Source: a virus. Taken from it: a stretch of DNA of 64,000 nucleotides. This document shows positions 28,846 through 39,900 of the stretch, in pieces (positions within the stretch are counted from its first letter, which is position 1; every line of letters begins with the position of its first letter). Under the pieces are notes generated by a model. That model did no database searches, was not told the origin of the DNA, and saw only the letters and a program-made list of their open reading frames with translations. The position numbers and the translations under genes are program-made. The stretch lies in IMG/VR virus record IMGVR_UViG_3300006947_000003, positions 58,451 through 122,450 of that record; one strand, written 5' to 3'.

Positions 28846-29451
28846 ATGAATCTAATAGTATACGGCGATCAATTAGTAGCCAGTCCAGGAACATACAACG
28901 GTTATAATGTACAACCAGGTGAGCATTGGTGGGAATTATTAGCAACTGAACTAGGAAGTAATCCTGTTATTTTAAAAACCCCTGATAAATGTGTGGGTAT
29001 TAGTCCGTTATATTATGCCAGTAATATTATAAAAACTACACAAAACAGTGATGATTTCTTTATAAGTGTAGTACCGTCGCCTTCTAGATCTTTAAATTGG
29101 GATTCCACAGGACCATTACATGCTATTACAGAAAACTTAGGTCCTCATCATACAGATGAATATTGTGAATGGCAATCTAATTTTACTTACAACATATTAA
29201 ATGAATGGGCAAAAGATAAACATTGTTTATTCTTTGTACAAGAAAGTACAAAACCGTCTACTGACAAACTTTTTGTTTTACCTAGTATTAACAGAGATAA
29301 CATTAATCAATTTTGGGGCTGGGTAATGGACCAACATCCTGATTTATCGCACCCTGGACATTTTTATCAAAAATGTGCTCCTGATAGGAAATTAAATGCT
29401 TATGGTCATAAATGTGTTTATGAGGTAGTAAGAAAGTATATTATTAGATAA
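28846..29451 (+). CDS. Hypothetical protein, divergent SGNH/GDSL-like fold
   Basis: LIVYGDQ N-terminus and LNAYGH C-terminal block. Start moved to ATG 28846 because TATAAATA lies at 28833-28840. Confidence 0.4.
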   Translation: MNLIVYGDQLVASPGTYNGYNVQPGEHWWELLATELGSNPVILKTPDKCVGISPLYYASNIIKTTQNSDDFFISVVPSPSRSLNWDSTGPLHAITENLGPHHTDEYCEWQSNFTYNILNEWAKDKHCLFFVQESTKPSTDKLFVLPSINRDNINQFWGWVMDQHPDLSHPGHFYQKCAPDRKLNAYGHKCVYEVVRKYIIR

Positions 29452-29460
29452 ATACTATTG

Positions 29461-29535
29461 TCGTAAATCGTGCTACAATAGGTGTAGACTTATGCGGAAT
29501 TGACCCACCGCGTATTACATAGAACGTAACTTAGG
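29461..29535 (+). promoter_or_regulatory. Structured 5' leader (three hairpins) upstream of the MGRP gene
   Basis: CTACA/TGTAG, TATGCGG/CCGCGTA and TTAC/GTAA stems between ATAAATA (29448-29454) and the AGGAG RBS. Confidence 0.5.
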
Positions 29536-29543
29536 AGAAAAAA

Positions 29544-29921
29544 ATGGGACGTCCAGTAAATAAAAGTAAATTTGGTGAAGTAGATTCTGATTCAGGCAAC
29601 ATCACAGTTAACTGTAAAGTTAGCTCAAATGCGGCTTCAGTTCAGGGTATGATTAAATCACAAAGATCATCTACAAAATTCAATGTTGATGATGCAAAAG
29701 ATGATTCAGGTAACGAAGGTGTTTGTTCACTAGTTGATAAAGCATCTGAGCAATTAGCGGCAGATGAAATGTCTATTTCTGCTGTAATTAACGGTACTAC
29801 AACTTATAAAAATATTAAAAAGTTGTTTAACAGAACGTGTACTGATTATGATAATGTACGATACACATGGTCCATATCAGATGACTCTGCTGTTAATGTT
29901 ATGACGATTGTTGCTATCTAA
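29544..29921 (+). CDS. Hypothetical virion protein (MGRPVNKSKFG N-terminus)
   Basis: Strong RBS, late promoter, followed by a terminator. Confidence 0.55.
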   Translation: MGRPVNKSKFGEVDSDSGNITVNCKVSSNAASVQGMIKSQRSSTKFNVDDAKDDSGNEGVCSLVDKASEQLAADEMSISAVINGTTTYKNIKKLFNRTCTDYDNVRYTWSISDDSAVNVMTIVAI

Positions 29922-29943
29922 TCCAGATACAAAATTGTAATTT

Positions 29944-29982
29944 AAAATGACTGCTAATTAATGTTAGTAGTCATTTTTTTTT
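29944..29982 (+). terminator. Rho-independent terminator
   Basis: AAAATGACTGCTAA-TTAATG-TTAGTAGTCATTTT plus T run. Confidence 0.75.
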
Positions 29983-29993
29983 GAAGGAACATA

Positions 29994-30647
29994 ATGGAAA
30001 GAGCATTTGTAATTGGCAACGGTAAATCTCGTATAGGTTTTGATTTGAATACATTAAGGGGAAAAGGAACTATATATGGGTGTAATGCTTTATATAGAGA
30101 TTTTATGCCTGATGTATTAGTTGCTACAGATGATAAGATACGAGAAGAAATAGAATTGTCTGAATTTAATCCAGATGTTTTAGAAAATATACCTGCTAAA
30201 ATTCCATTTTATACGAGAAGACCTGGAAAAATTATTAAAACGCATCCTGACAGAAAATGGCAAGAGTTTGATCATGTGAATAGACATAGTAGAAAAATAG
30301 ATTATAATTGGGGATATAGTAGTGGCCCTGTTGCTTTAACGTATGCCGCATTTGATAGTCATAGATATATTTACTTTATGGGGTTTGACTTAATGGGGAT
30401 AGGCGATAGGGATAATAATATAAACAATATCTATTCCGGAACAAATGCTTATAAGCCAGATACGGCGGCTGCCACCTATTATATGAATTGGGTTGATCAA
30501 ATTAGACGAATAATGTTAGAGTATACTGATTCTAACTTTACTAGAGTAGGCGCATTGAATAACTTTGTTCCAGAGAATTGGAGAGAATGTCCGAATCACA
30601 GGGAAATCACGTTTGAACAATTTGAAAAAGAAATAAATAATGTATAA
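29994..30647 (+). CDS. Putative glycosyltransferase-like protein (Maf/DUF115/GT42-like Rossmann motifs)
   Basis: AFVIGNGKSR, YGCNALYR..PDVLVATD, SSGPVAL, IYFMGFD. Confidence 0.5.
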   Translation: MERAFVIGNGKSRIGFDLNTLRGKGTIYGCNALYRDFMPDVLVATDDKIREEIELSEFNPDVLENIPAKIPFYTRRPGKIIKTHPDRKWQEFDHVNRHSRKIDYNWGYSSGPVALTYAAFDSHRYIYFMGFDLMGIGDRDNNINNIYSGTNAYKPDTAAATYYMNWVDQIRRIMLEYTDSNFTRVGALNNFVPENWRECPNHREITFEQFEKEINNV

Positions 30648-30660
30648 GGATTATTAAAAA

Positions 30661-31392
30661 ATGGCAAAAATATCAGAAAATCGGTTTGACGGGCATTACA
30701 AAATTACCACTAGTGGTACAGACTCTAATGTCACAGTAACAACACATTCGCTTACAGTAGCAGGAAACCTTGTTGTTTCTGGAACTACTACAAGCATTGA
30801 AACAACTAATTCAGTAATTGCTGATAACACTATTGTTTTAAATAAAAACGAATCAGGCGCAGGAGTTACCGCAGTAACGGCAGGTATTGAAATTGAAAGA
30901 GGATCGCTTACGAATACTACAATGTTATATGATGATAGCATTGATGCTTTTACTTTTAAAGAAGGATCCTCATTAACAAATGTAGCAGGAGCAACACCGA
31001 GCAGTGGTGATCATCTAGCTACTAAAACGTATGTTGACGGAGTAGCAGGATCTGGAATGTCTTTATCAGGTTCAACAAATAATACTATAACAACAATTAC
31101 TGGAGCAAATGCGTTAATAGGCGAGGCAAATTTAACTTTTGATGGATCAACGTTGGCAGTTGCTGGAGCGGCGACTGTGTCGACAACATTAGATGTTACT
31201 GGTAATGTTACAACTGATGGACTTTTGAGATTAACACAAACAAGTGACCCAAGTGCGGTTTCGGGCAAGTCATTAATTTTTGCTAAAGCACCAGGCGGTG
31301 GCGGAACAGGAGTTTATGTTCAGGCGCCAACAGGTAATGCAGAAGAAATGGTAAGTAAGAGTAAAGCAATCGTATACGGATTAATATTTTAG
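30661..31392 (+). CDS. Virion fibre/structural protein
   Basis: GNLVVSGTTT, AGIEIERG, LATKTYVD and EANLTFDG fibre motifs. Confidence 0.65.
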   Translation: MAKISENRFDGHYKITTSGTDSNVTVTTHSLTVAGNLVVSGTTTSIETTNSVIADNTIVLNKNESGAGVTAVTAGIEIERGSLTNTTMLYDDSIDAFTFKEGSSLTNVAGATPSSGDHLATKTYVDGVAGSGMSLSGSTNNTITTITGANALIGEANLTFDGSTLAVAGAATVSTTLDVTGNVTTDGLLRLTQTSDPSAVSGKSLIFAKAPGGGGTGVYVQAPTGNAEEMVSKSKAIVYGLIF

Positions 31393-31401
31393 GAAAACAA
31401 A

Positions 31402-31710
31402 ATGGCGTTAGCAAAAGCAACTTTAGGAACAAGCATAGGTACAGTTTATACTAGTACAAATGACTCTGCTACTACATCAATATTTTTTACAAATGACAAT
31501 GCCGCGGCAAGAACTATAAGTGTTCATCTCGTAGCAAATAGTAGCACAGCAGATGCTACAAATAGAATTATTAAAGAATTATCAATTGATGGCGGAGACA
31601 CATATATTTTAAGTGCTGAAAAAATTGTATTCGCAAACGGTGATACAATACAAGCATTATGTTCAGCGGCAACATCAGTATATGCTAATGTTTCATACGT
31701 GAGTATTTAA
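31402..31710 (+). CDS. Small virion structural protein
   Basis: Beta-rich; EKIVFANGDTIQA motif; lies within the fibre cluster. Confidence 0.55.
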   Translation: MALAKATLGTSIGTVYTSTNDSATTSIFFTNDNAAARTISVHLVANSSTADATNRIIKELSIDGGDTYILSAEKIVFANGDTIQALCSAATSVYANVSYVSI

Positions 31711-31712
31711 AA

Positions 31713-32123
31713 ATGGCTTATCATTTAAAGTCTAAATCATCAGGAGTTCCTACAGCATCTGGTTCTACAGCAGAAAGACCAACTGTTGCTGAAACAGGAG
31801 CAATACGGTTTAACACTGACACTACAAGAATGGAATATTATGACGGTTCAGCTTTTAGGTCTATAACACCTCAAGGTACAGTAGGAATGGTTCTAGATAC
31901 AGCAACAGGTGACGGTACAGCAACAACATTTACTAATTTTTTCACTACAGCACCAGCAGACGAAAATAATGTTATTGCTGTTGTAGGCAATGTTCCACAA
32001 GAGCCTGATCAAGCATATACTGTTTCAGGTAGAGATATTACATTTACATCAGCACCTCCAAATGGGCACAGAATTTATGCTTATGCAGGATTTGATTCTA
32101 CAATTACAAGCACTTTAGCTTAA
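31713..32123 (+). CDS. Small fibre-module protein
   Basis: GSTAERP..GAIRFNT and GDG..VPQEP..YTVSG..ITFTSAP modules. Confidence 0.6.
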   Translation: MAYHLKSKSSGVPTASGSTAERPTVAETGAIRFNTDTTRMEYYDGSAFRSITPQGTVGMVLDTATGDGTATTFTNFFTTAPADENNVIAVVGNVPQEPDQAYTVSGRDITFTSAPPNGHRIYAYAGFDSTITSTLA

Positions 32124-32214
32124 TCTTTAATTCATATAAATAACATTGTAGTAAGATAACTTACTATATTATACCCGGGCTCACCCTGGAATGAAATGAG
32201 GTGGAGGAGATTAG

Positions 32215-35200
32215 ATGGCCATAGGAAGAATATCTGGTGCCATGCTTAAGGCAAATCTTGAGCGATTAGGCAACGACATAGCATTTGAAACAGACTCATT
32301 ATATATTGACGTAGCCAATGATCGCATAGGTATAAACACAGCCTCCCCCACTAAAAGTTTACAAGTAGATAATATTACCCTAGAAGGAAGATCAATCCGT
32401 GCGGTTGGTGGTGACTTAGATTTAGGTGCTATAGAAGACATTACTATTACTGGCGGCGGTGGAGATCAAGTTTTAACAACTGATGGATCGGGCAATTTAA
32501 CTTGGACAAGTGTTGCAGGCGGCGGACTAGTTACTGGTAGAGATGTCACACTAAGTTGGCCAGATGATAGCACGTTATATCCAACAGGCGCTATTAGAAC
32601 TTGGTTAGATACTACTAATCTTAGTACAGCAATTGACGATCTAAACGAATTATCAAATAATATTATTAATAGTACTGCTGTTTCTAATGTTGACTTCACA
32701 GCAGACGTAACATCAGGTGGTGCTGGTATTACAGTAACACTAACAATTACAGCAAACGGTAACCCTACACATTATGACATTGACTGGGGTACTGGAGAAA
32801 CAGCAACAACTAATACAACAGATGCAACACCGTCACACACTTATAATTCAAATACTAATTCACCATTTAGTGTAACAGTAACAGCAAAAAATAATAGCGG
32901 AGCCGGAACAGGTTCTACAAACGCTAAAACAAGAGCAAGTTATATTATTATCTATACGTCTACTCCTATAATGGGATTTGCCGCTTATGCCGCCTCGGCA
33001 GGTGGATCACCTATTACACAATGGGACGACAATGCTACAATTTACTTCCAAAACAATACAACAAATACAAGCGGAGCAACAATTCAATATACTTGGGATT
33101 GGACAGACAGCGAATCAGATAATGTTGTAAATAGTGATTCAGTGGCTGGTGGAGTAGGTGGAGCAAGATTGGCTCATACATTTACAGCAAGTACAGAACA
33201 AGAACAAACACGAACGGTAAGACTAACATTAGACAGTCATACTACAGCACTACCTAGCGAAATACCTAGGAATACTACAACAGCACACAAAATTTACGAT
33301 ACACATACGCCAACTGTTGGGTTGTCTAGTACAACTGGAATTAACGAAGTAGGAACAAGTGGACATCCTGTAACATTTACAAATAATACAGAAAATACTA
33401 TTGGTTCTTATTCAACATACGGAACACAATACAGATATACATTTGGTGACGGAACTACGCAAACAGTTAATGTTGGTAGTGGAGCATCGGGCGACACAGC
33501 TGGCACAATAAGCCACACGTATGCCTTAACAAGTTCTCAAAATGATGCAGGTACTAATGTAGATTATACAGGTAAGTTAGAAGTATTAAGTAGTCACACT
33601 AGTTCACCATTTGCTAGTTCTAACTTCACAGTACACCTTGAACCAGACGTCAGAGCAGACGTAACGGGCACAGCAATTGTTACAAGTGACAGAACTGGCG
33701 ACAACCAATATGACTTATATGATTTTACTGATTTATTTGGAAATAACAGGGCAATGGTTACAACTACTAATGCTACAAAACCAACAACATCTTCTGCTCA
33801 ATATACATTTAACTGGGCAGATGGCAGTTCAAATGATGTAGTTACTGAAAACGGAAGTACGCCAGGTAGTGTAGGGGTAGCATTAACTCATAACTTTGCT
33901 GGAGAATCAACCGGTAATTATAATTTAAATTTAGGTGTTGTTTCAACACCAGACGTAACAGCACAAACAGATAATGATACTGGTATTACATTCCAAATAA
34001 ATGCGACTCCGTCGGTACCTGCTAATTTAAGTGCTAAAACTATATCAATGTCTACTAGTAGCAGTGGGTCAAGCCCGTACTTAGCCGCAAGTGCTACTGA
34101 CAGAAGTGGCGGCAATATACCAGCACAAGGTTCTAGTGTAACAAGATATACAGGTTCTAGTTCAGTACAAACAAGTGTTGCCTCAGATGCCTATAATAGT
34201 TATACAGGAACAGTTACAGCATTGGTTAACAATGGCGCCAGTGGATCAAAATCTTTTTCATCATCAACTGGAGAGACAGGAACATTTACAAGTCTTGTTG
34301 TAACAGCAGAAGGCGATGCCCACGATCAAATATCATCAAGCACATATCCAAGTAATTTTTATCAAGTGTTTAGTGCTAAAGTTAGCCACAGTTTAGGAAG
34401 TTTAAGTACGGGATATAATGATTTAGGTTTAAGCCATAATGCCACAGGTGCTACAAACAAACCAGGATTTGTTTTAGATGATTTAACAGCAACGCCGACT
34501 ACATCAATCGGTACGGTAACAGAGGGAACTGCTGGATCAAAGAGATATATTTCAGGTGTACCGTATTACAATTCGGGATCACCTAGTGTAAATGTTACAG
34601 GAACAACAGTAACAAATCTTGTAGGACAAACTTATAGAAACACAAGTTCACCTCATGAAGTTGATCCAGCAGATAATGACGAGTCGACTAGTGGTAGCGT
34701 AATTAGTAATAACAATTATACATATTCAAATATAGACGGAGCAAGTACGTTCTTAAATTCAAGTGTACCAATAGCAAACACAGGTGTAGGAGGTGCTTAT
34801 ACATTAGGAACTATTGCTGTACCTATTACAAGCAGTTCAGTTAGCTCGGTACAAACTATTAAAGCAAGAACTAAAAACGTTAACGGACAAGGCGGATATA
34901 ATACAGGCTCAACAAAAATACAAGTACATACAGCAACACCAAGCGGAATTGTAGAAAGTGCCATTCCGGTTGCGAATAGCTTAGGTAACGGCAGTACACA
35001 TACAGATGACGGTGTAAGAATCACAGGCTTTGGTGCGGCAAATGACACACCTAGTTTCACAGGAAGTACAAATTATTATACAGCAAATCCTTGGAGTGGT
35101 TCTCAAACAGTAGCAGGAACACAAGAAGCAATTACACGTTGGGGAACAATAAAACACTTTACAACAGATTTAAGTACTGGTTACTTACCAGCAGGGCCTG

Positions 35201-35610
35201 ATTTAAACACAGGTAGAAGTGGAGCACAATATTATACTTTTGCTTTCCGTAGAACACCAGCGGCTAACTTTAAATTTAAGTTTAGTGGAAAATTAACAGG
35301 TGTGTGGATTGCGGCTCCTGGTTCAGCAATAGATAGTGCTAGTGGTTTAAGTGGTTGGCTAGACGCCACAGACACTTATGCTGGTAGTGGTGTTCCTGGT
35401 AGTGATACAGGCAACGGTGGTAACGGTGGTAACGGTTGTGCCCAAACGTCAGGCGACAGAATACCTACAGGGTCAACAGTATCAAATGATAGTAGCACAT
35501 TAACATTGGGTGCTGAAAATATGGCTAACACTACGGGTAATACTGTTTTAGTTAGAATCAAACTAGTAAGTGGCGATTCGTTAACTGCTTTAGAGATTGA
35601 GGATGCTTAA
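32215..35610 (+). CDS. Large virion fibre/adhesin with PKD/Ig-like repeats
   Basis: MAIGRISGAMLKANLER start; repeated YxWDWxD / YTFGDG..SHTY PKD-like units; Ser/Thr-rich. Confidence 0.65.
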   Translation: MAIGRISGAMLKANLERLGNDIAFETDSLYIDVANDRIGINTASPTKSLQVDNITLEGRSIRAVGGDLDLGAIEDITITGGGGDQVLTTDGSGNLTWTSVAGGGLVTGRDVTLSWPDDSTLYPTGAIRTWLDTTNLSTAIDDLNELSNNIINSTAVSNVDFTADVTSGGAGITVTLTITANGNPTHYDIDWGTGETATTNTTDATPSHTYNSNTNSPFSVTVTAKNNSGAGTGSTNAKTRASYIIIYTSTPIMGFAAYAASAGGSPITQWDDNATIYFQNNTTNTSGATIQYTWDWTDSESDNVVNSDSVAGGVGGARLAHTFTASTEQEQTRTVRLTLDSHTTALPSEIPRNTTTAHKIYDTHTPTVGLSSTTGINEVGTSGHPVTFTNNTENTIGSYSTYGTQYRYTFGDGTTQTVNVGSGASGDTAGTISHTYALTSSQNDAGTNVDYTGKLEVLSSHTSSPFASSNFTVHLEPDVRADVTGTAIVTSDRTGDNQYDLYDFTDLFGNNRAMVTTTNATKPTTSSAQYTFNWADGSSNDVVTENGSTPGSVGVALTHNFAGESTGNYNLNLGVVSTPDVTAQTDNDTGITFQINATPSVPANLSAKTISMSTSSSGSSPYLAASATDRSGGNIPAQGSSVTRYTGSSSVQTSVASDAYNSYTGTVTALVNNGASGSKSFSSSTGETGTFTSLVVTAEGDAHDQISSSTYPSNFYQVFSAKVSHSLGSLSTGYNDLGLSHNATGATNKPGFVLDDLTATPTTSIGTVTEGTAGSKRYISGVPYYNSGSPSVNVTGTTVTNLVGQTYRNTSSPHEVDPADNDESTSGSVISNNNYTYSNIDGASTFLNSSVPIANTGVGGAYTLGTIAVPITSSSVSSVQTIKARTKNVNGQGGYNTGSTKIQVHTATPSGIVESAIPVANSLGNGSTHTDDGVRITGFGAANDTPSFTGSTNYYTANPWSGSQTVAGTQEAITRWGTIKHFTTDLSTGYLPAGPDLNTGRSGAQYYTFAFRRTPAANFKFKFSGKLTGVWIAAPGSAIDSASGLSGWLDATDTYAGSGVPGSDTGNGGNGGNGCAQTSGDRIPTGSTVSNDSSTLTLGAENMANTTGNTVLVRIKLVSGDSLTALEIEDA

Positions 35611-36887
35611 TGGCAATTACTGATAGCAAAAAAGTAGATTACCTTTGGAAGAAGTTAGGTTACGGTGCCACTAAAACTGACACTAATGCGGCCAAGAAAG
35701 CACCTAACGAAGCTATATCCTCTCCGTTATTATTAAGAGGTGACAAAGTTTGGCAACAAGCAAGTGATATACCTGCTGTTATGCCAGGATCAAACACAGC
35801 AGTAGTAACAGTCTATCTTACGACAGCTCCGGATGAATGTACAGTAGATGGTTCAGCAACAGCAAATAGAACATGGAAGACGGGTTTAACAGATTGGATA
35901 CCACCTGAGATAGGGTCAACATACCAACTAAAAGTTTATGTACATACATCAGGAAATGCTGGTACGGCCGCAAGTGGCGGTACTCAATTATATGCTACAG
36001 GTTCTGGTAATGATGACGAATGGTTCTTTGATTACCAATCAGGTGTTATACACTTTATCGGTGCTAACTTACCATATGGTGTTAATTTCTCAGGCAAATC
36101 AATTTATGTTTCTGGAGCAAGATACACAGGAACATTTGGTGTAGGTGGAGCAAGTAGTTCTTTAGGAGACATAACAGCAGAAAATACTACACTTTATACT
36201 CCAACAAACTCACACCTTATACTTGAACCTCAAGGAACAGGTATCGTTAAAATTGATTCTACAGGTTCGATGTTGTTACCAGTTGGTACTACAGCACAAA
36301 GACCTAGTTCACCAACAGAGGGTGAAATTAGATATAACTCAACATTAGATGTAGTTGAAGTTTTTACAAATGCTACTTGGGAAGAAGTGGGCGATTCTGT
36401 TTCAGCAACATTAACACATGAAACATTTGATGGTGACTCTAGTGATACTACATTTACTTTAAGTAATAGTGCTTCTACTAATACTGTTTTTGTATCACTT
36501 AACGGTGTAGTTCAAGTGCCAACAACAGATTATACTGTAAGCGGAACAACTCTAACATTTACAACAGCACCGGCAACTGGTGACAAAATTAGTGTAAAAA
36601 CTTTCTCAAGTATTACAACTTTAGATAAGATACAAGATGCTGATGGTGACACTAAAATAGAAGTAGAACGTACAGCAGACAACGATACAGTACATATAAA
36701 AGTAGCAGGATCTGACAAGTTAACGGTGACATCAACAGTAACAACACATGCTCAACTAGTACAATTTGCTAGTTATACTACAACACAACGAAACGCTACA
36801 TCACCTTCAAACGGTACTGTAATATATAACTCCACAGATGACAAGTTCCAGGGATATGCTGGCGGATCATGGGTTAATTTACACTAA
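35610..36887 (+). CDS. Virion fibre/structural protein
   Basis: KVDYLWKK start; PVGTTAQRP and NGVVQVPTTDYTVSGTTLTF modules; YNSTDDKFQGYAGGSWVNL end. Confidence 0.65.
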   Translation: MAITDSKKVDYLWKKLGYGATKTDTNAAKKAPNEAISSPLLLRGDKVWQQASDIPAVMPGSNTAVVTVYLTTAPDECTVDGSATANRTWKTGLTDWIPPEIGSTYQLKVYVHTSGNAGTAASGGTQLYATGSGNDDEWFFDYQSGVIHFIGANLPYGVNFSGKSIYVSGARYTGTFGVGGASSSLGDITAENTTLYTPTNSHLILEPQGTGIVKIDSTGSMLLPVGTTAQRPSSPTEGEIRYNSTLDVVEVFTNATWEEVGDSVSATLTHETFDGDSSDTTFTLSNSASTNTVFVSLNGVVQVPTTDYTVSGTTLTFTTAPATGDKISVKTFSSITTLDKIQDADGDTKIEVERTADNDTVHIKVAGSDKLTVTSTVTTHAQLVQFASYTTTQRNATSPSNGTVIYNSTDDKFQGYAGGSWVNLH

Positions 36888-36976
36888 AATTCTAACTACC
36901 TACATAACTTTGGCCAAAACTGTATAAATAACTATACAAAGAAACCTTACAATCTTTAAATAAAGGAGTTGTGAAA

Positions 36977-39900
36977 ATGGCTGTAACTAGAATAAAAACG
37001 AATCAGATTACTGATTTAGCAGTAACAGAAGGCAAAATTGCAAATAATGCGATTACGGCTGGAAAACTTGCTAATTCAATAACATATGGTTCGAACTTAA
37101 CTATATCTGGTAACTTAACAGTTTCAGGAACTACTACTACTGTAAACAGTACGAATACTACAGTAGCGGATCCTTTGATGGTACTATCCTCTGGAGCAAC
37201 AGGCTCAGCGTCAGTAGACACTGGTTTGATTACAGAGCGTGGAGATGATACAAACGTATTTATAGGTTGGGACGAAAGTGCCGATCAATTCGTTGTAGGA
37301 TCCACGTCAGAAACAGGCTCAACAGCAGGTAATGTTACCATTTCAGCGTATTCGGCTTTACAAGCTGGTTCTTTAATTGTTGACAATACTACTCTTGATG
37401 CTAATGGAATAACCACTAGTTCAGGAGATTTTACACTAAATCCGGCAGGGAACATCGCGGCAGGCAGTAATAGAATTACTGGCGTCACGGATCCATCGTC
37501 GGCTCAAGACGCGGCTACAAAAGCCTACGTTGATTCTCAATTGGGATCAGCTACACGTCTTGTAGAAGGAAATACAACTGTAACAGTAAGCGATAGCGGA
37601 ACTGGTTCTGTAACAATGGAACTTGATTCAACATCAGTATTTACTGCTACGGCTTCCGACGTTACTTTAGCTTCTGCTAAAATAACAGACTTAACAGATA
37701 ACAGAGTACTAATAGCAGGTGGATCTGGCGCTGTCGAAGACGACGCTAACTTACACTTTGATGGTACTACGTTCGCAGTTGGCGATGGCAGTGAATTTGC
37801 TGTTGTGGCGGCTACAGGTAATACTACTGTAGGCGGTACATTAGATGTAACTGGCGCGACAAACTTTAACAATACTACTGCTTCATCTAGTGCCACAACA
37901 GGTGCTGTGATTATTGACGGTGGTTTAGGTGTTGCTGAAGATGTTTATGCAGGCGGACAAATAGTAACAACAGGTGCTTTAGACATTGGCGGTAACTTTA
38001 CTGCCTCAGCGGCAGGTGTCGTTGTTGTTGGAAGTACTTTAGACGTAACAGGCGTTACTAACTTTAACGCTACTACAACAGCAACAAGTAACACTACTGG
38101 TGCTGTAATTATTGATGGTGGTTTAGGACTAACAGAAAACCTACATATGGGCGGTCTCGCTGATATAGATGGTGCTTTGACAGTCGCTGGCGCTACTACT
38201 TTAAATGGTGCTGTAACTTTAGGTGACGCAACAGGCGACGCTATAACAATTACTGGTACTATTGGTTCTGACATTTTAATGTCACAATCAGGTGGTTCAA
38301 AGCCTAAATTAACATTGCTTAATACTAATGCTGACGGTGAAGGTGGTAATTTATCTTTCCAAAAGCAAAGTGGTTCAGAAGCAGACGGTGATGCTTTAGG
38401 TTCAATTACGTGGACTGGCTATGATGACGGTGATGCTGATACTCAGTTTGCTGAAATTTCAGGTAAATCTATAGATGTAACTGATGGCACAGAAGACGGC
38501 GCAATTGTACTTAACGCAATGGTTGCCGGTACGTCAACTGACGTTCTAATAGTTGGTGCTACAGCGGCAGGTGCGTTACAAATAAGAGCTCACAGTTCTT
38601 ATTCACCAAGCGACAACTTAGACCTTGCTACTAAGATATATGCGGATAACGCAGTATCAGCGGCAGGTGACACAATCAGCAAACTTAACTCAAGTGTTGT
38701 TGTAACTGACACTGGTGCAGACGGTAAGATTACGTTTACAAATGACGGTGTTGAAGTTGGTAGTTTTGATTCAGCGGTATTTACTGCGGCTGACTTATCC
38801 ATTACTGGTAGCACAATTGCTTCTAGTGGTGCTGATGTTACGGTTGGCGACAACCTAATTGTTACTGGTAACTTAACCATTAACGGTACTACATCTACAA
38901 CTAACTCAACTACAGTAACTATTGATGATCCAATCTTTACACTAGGTGGCGACTCTGCTCCTGGTAGTGATGATGGTAAAGATCGTGGTATTGAATTTCA
39001 ATACTATGATGGTAGTGCTAAAGTTGGCTTTTTTGGATATGACAACTCAGCAGATGCGTTTGTTTACTTAACAGGTGTTACTAACAGTTCAGAAGTAATG
39101 TCAGGAACAGCAGGTAATATAGTTGTTGGTTCTGTAACTTCTAGTGCTTTAACATCAGGACGTGTTGTATTAGCAGGCACTTCAGGTTTACTTGAAGATG
39201 GTGCAGGTTTAACATATGACGGTACTAACTTAACTACAACTGGTGAATACATTGGTGCTACACTTAATATTAGTGGTGTTGGTGATATTGCTGGTGACTT
39301 TAGTGTTGCTACTAACAAGATGACAGTAAATGCTACATCTGGTAACACATTGATTGCTGGTACAACTAACTCTACAGGTGTTATTACTGCTTCGGCAACA
39401 ACAACATCTACATCTAATACGTCAGGTTCGATTGTGACGTTAGGTGGTTTAGGTGTTGGTGAAAACTTACATATGGGTGGACTTTTAGATGTTGATGGAG
39501 CGGCTACAGTTGGCGGTACATTAACAGCTTCGGCGGCTACGGCACTTAATGGTGCGGTAACAGTTGCTGGTTCTCAAGTAGTAAGTATGGGTGCTAACAG
39601 AGTTAGAAACGTTGCTGATCCAAGTTCGGCTCAAGATGCGGCTACTAAGGCGTATGTTGATTCTCAAGATAGTACACGACTAGTAGAAGGTAATACTACT
39701 GCTACGGTTTCAGATAGTGGAACAGGAAACTTTACTGTTGAAGTTGATTCAACTACAGCATTAGTTGCAGCGGCTTCGGGCGTTACAATGAACTCTGCTA
39801 CAGTATCTGACTTAACTAACAATAGAATTACTATTGCTGGTGCAAGTGGTGCTTTAGAAGATGATGCTAACTTAACATTTGACGGAACTACATTTAGTGT

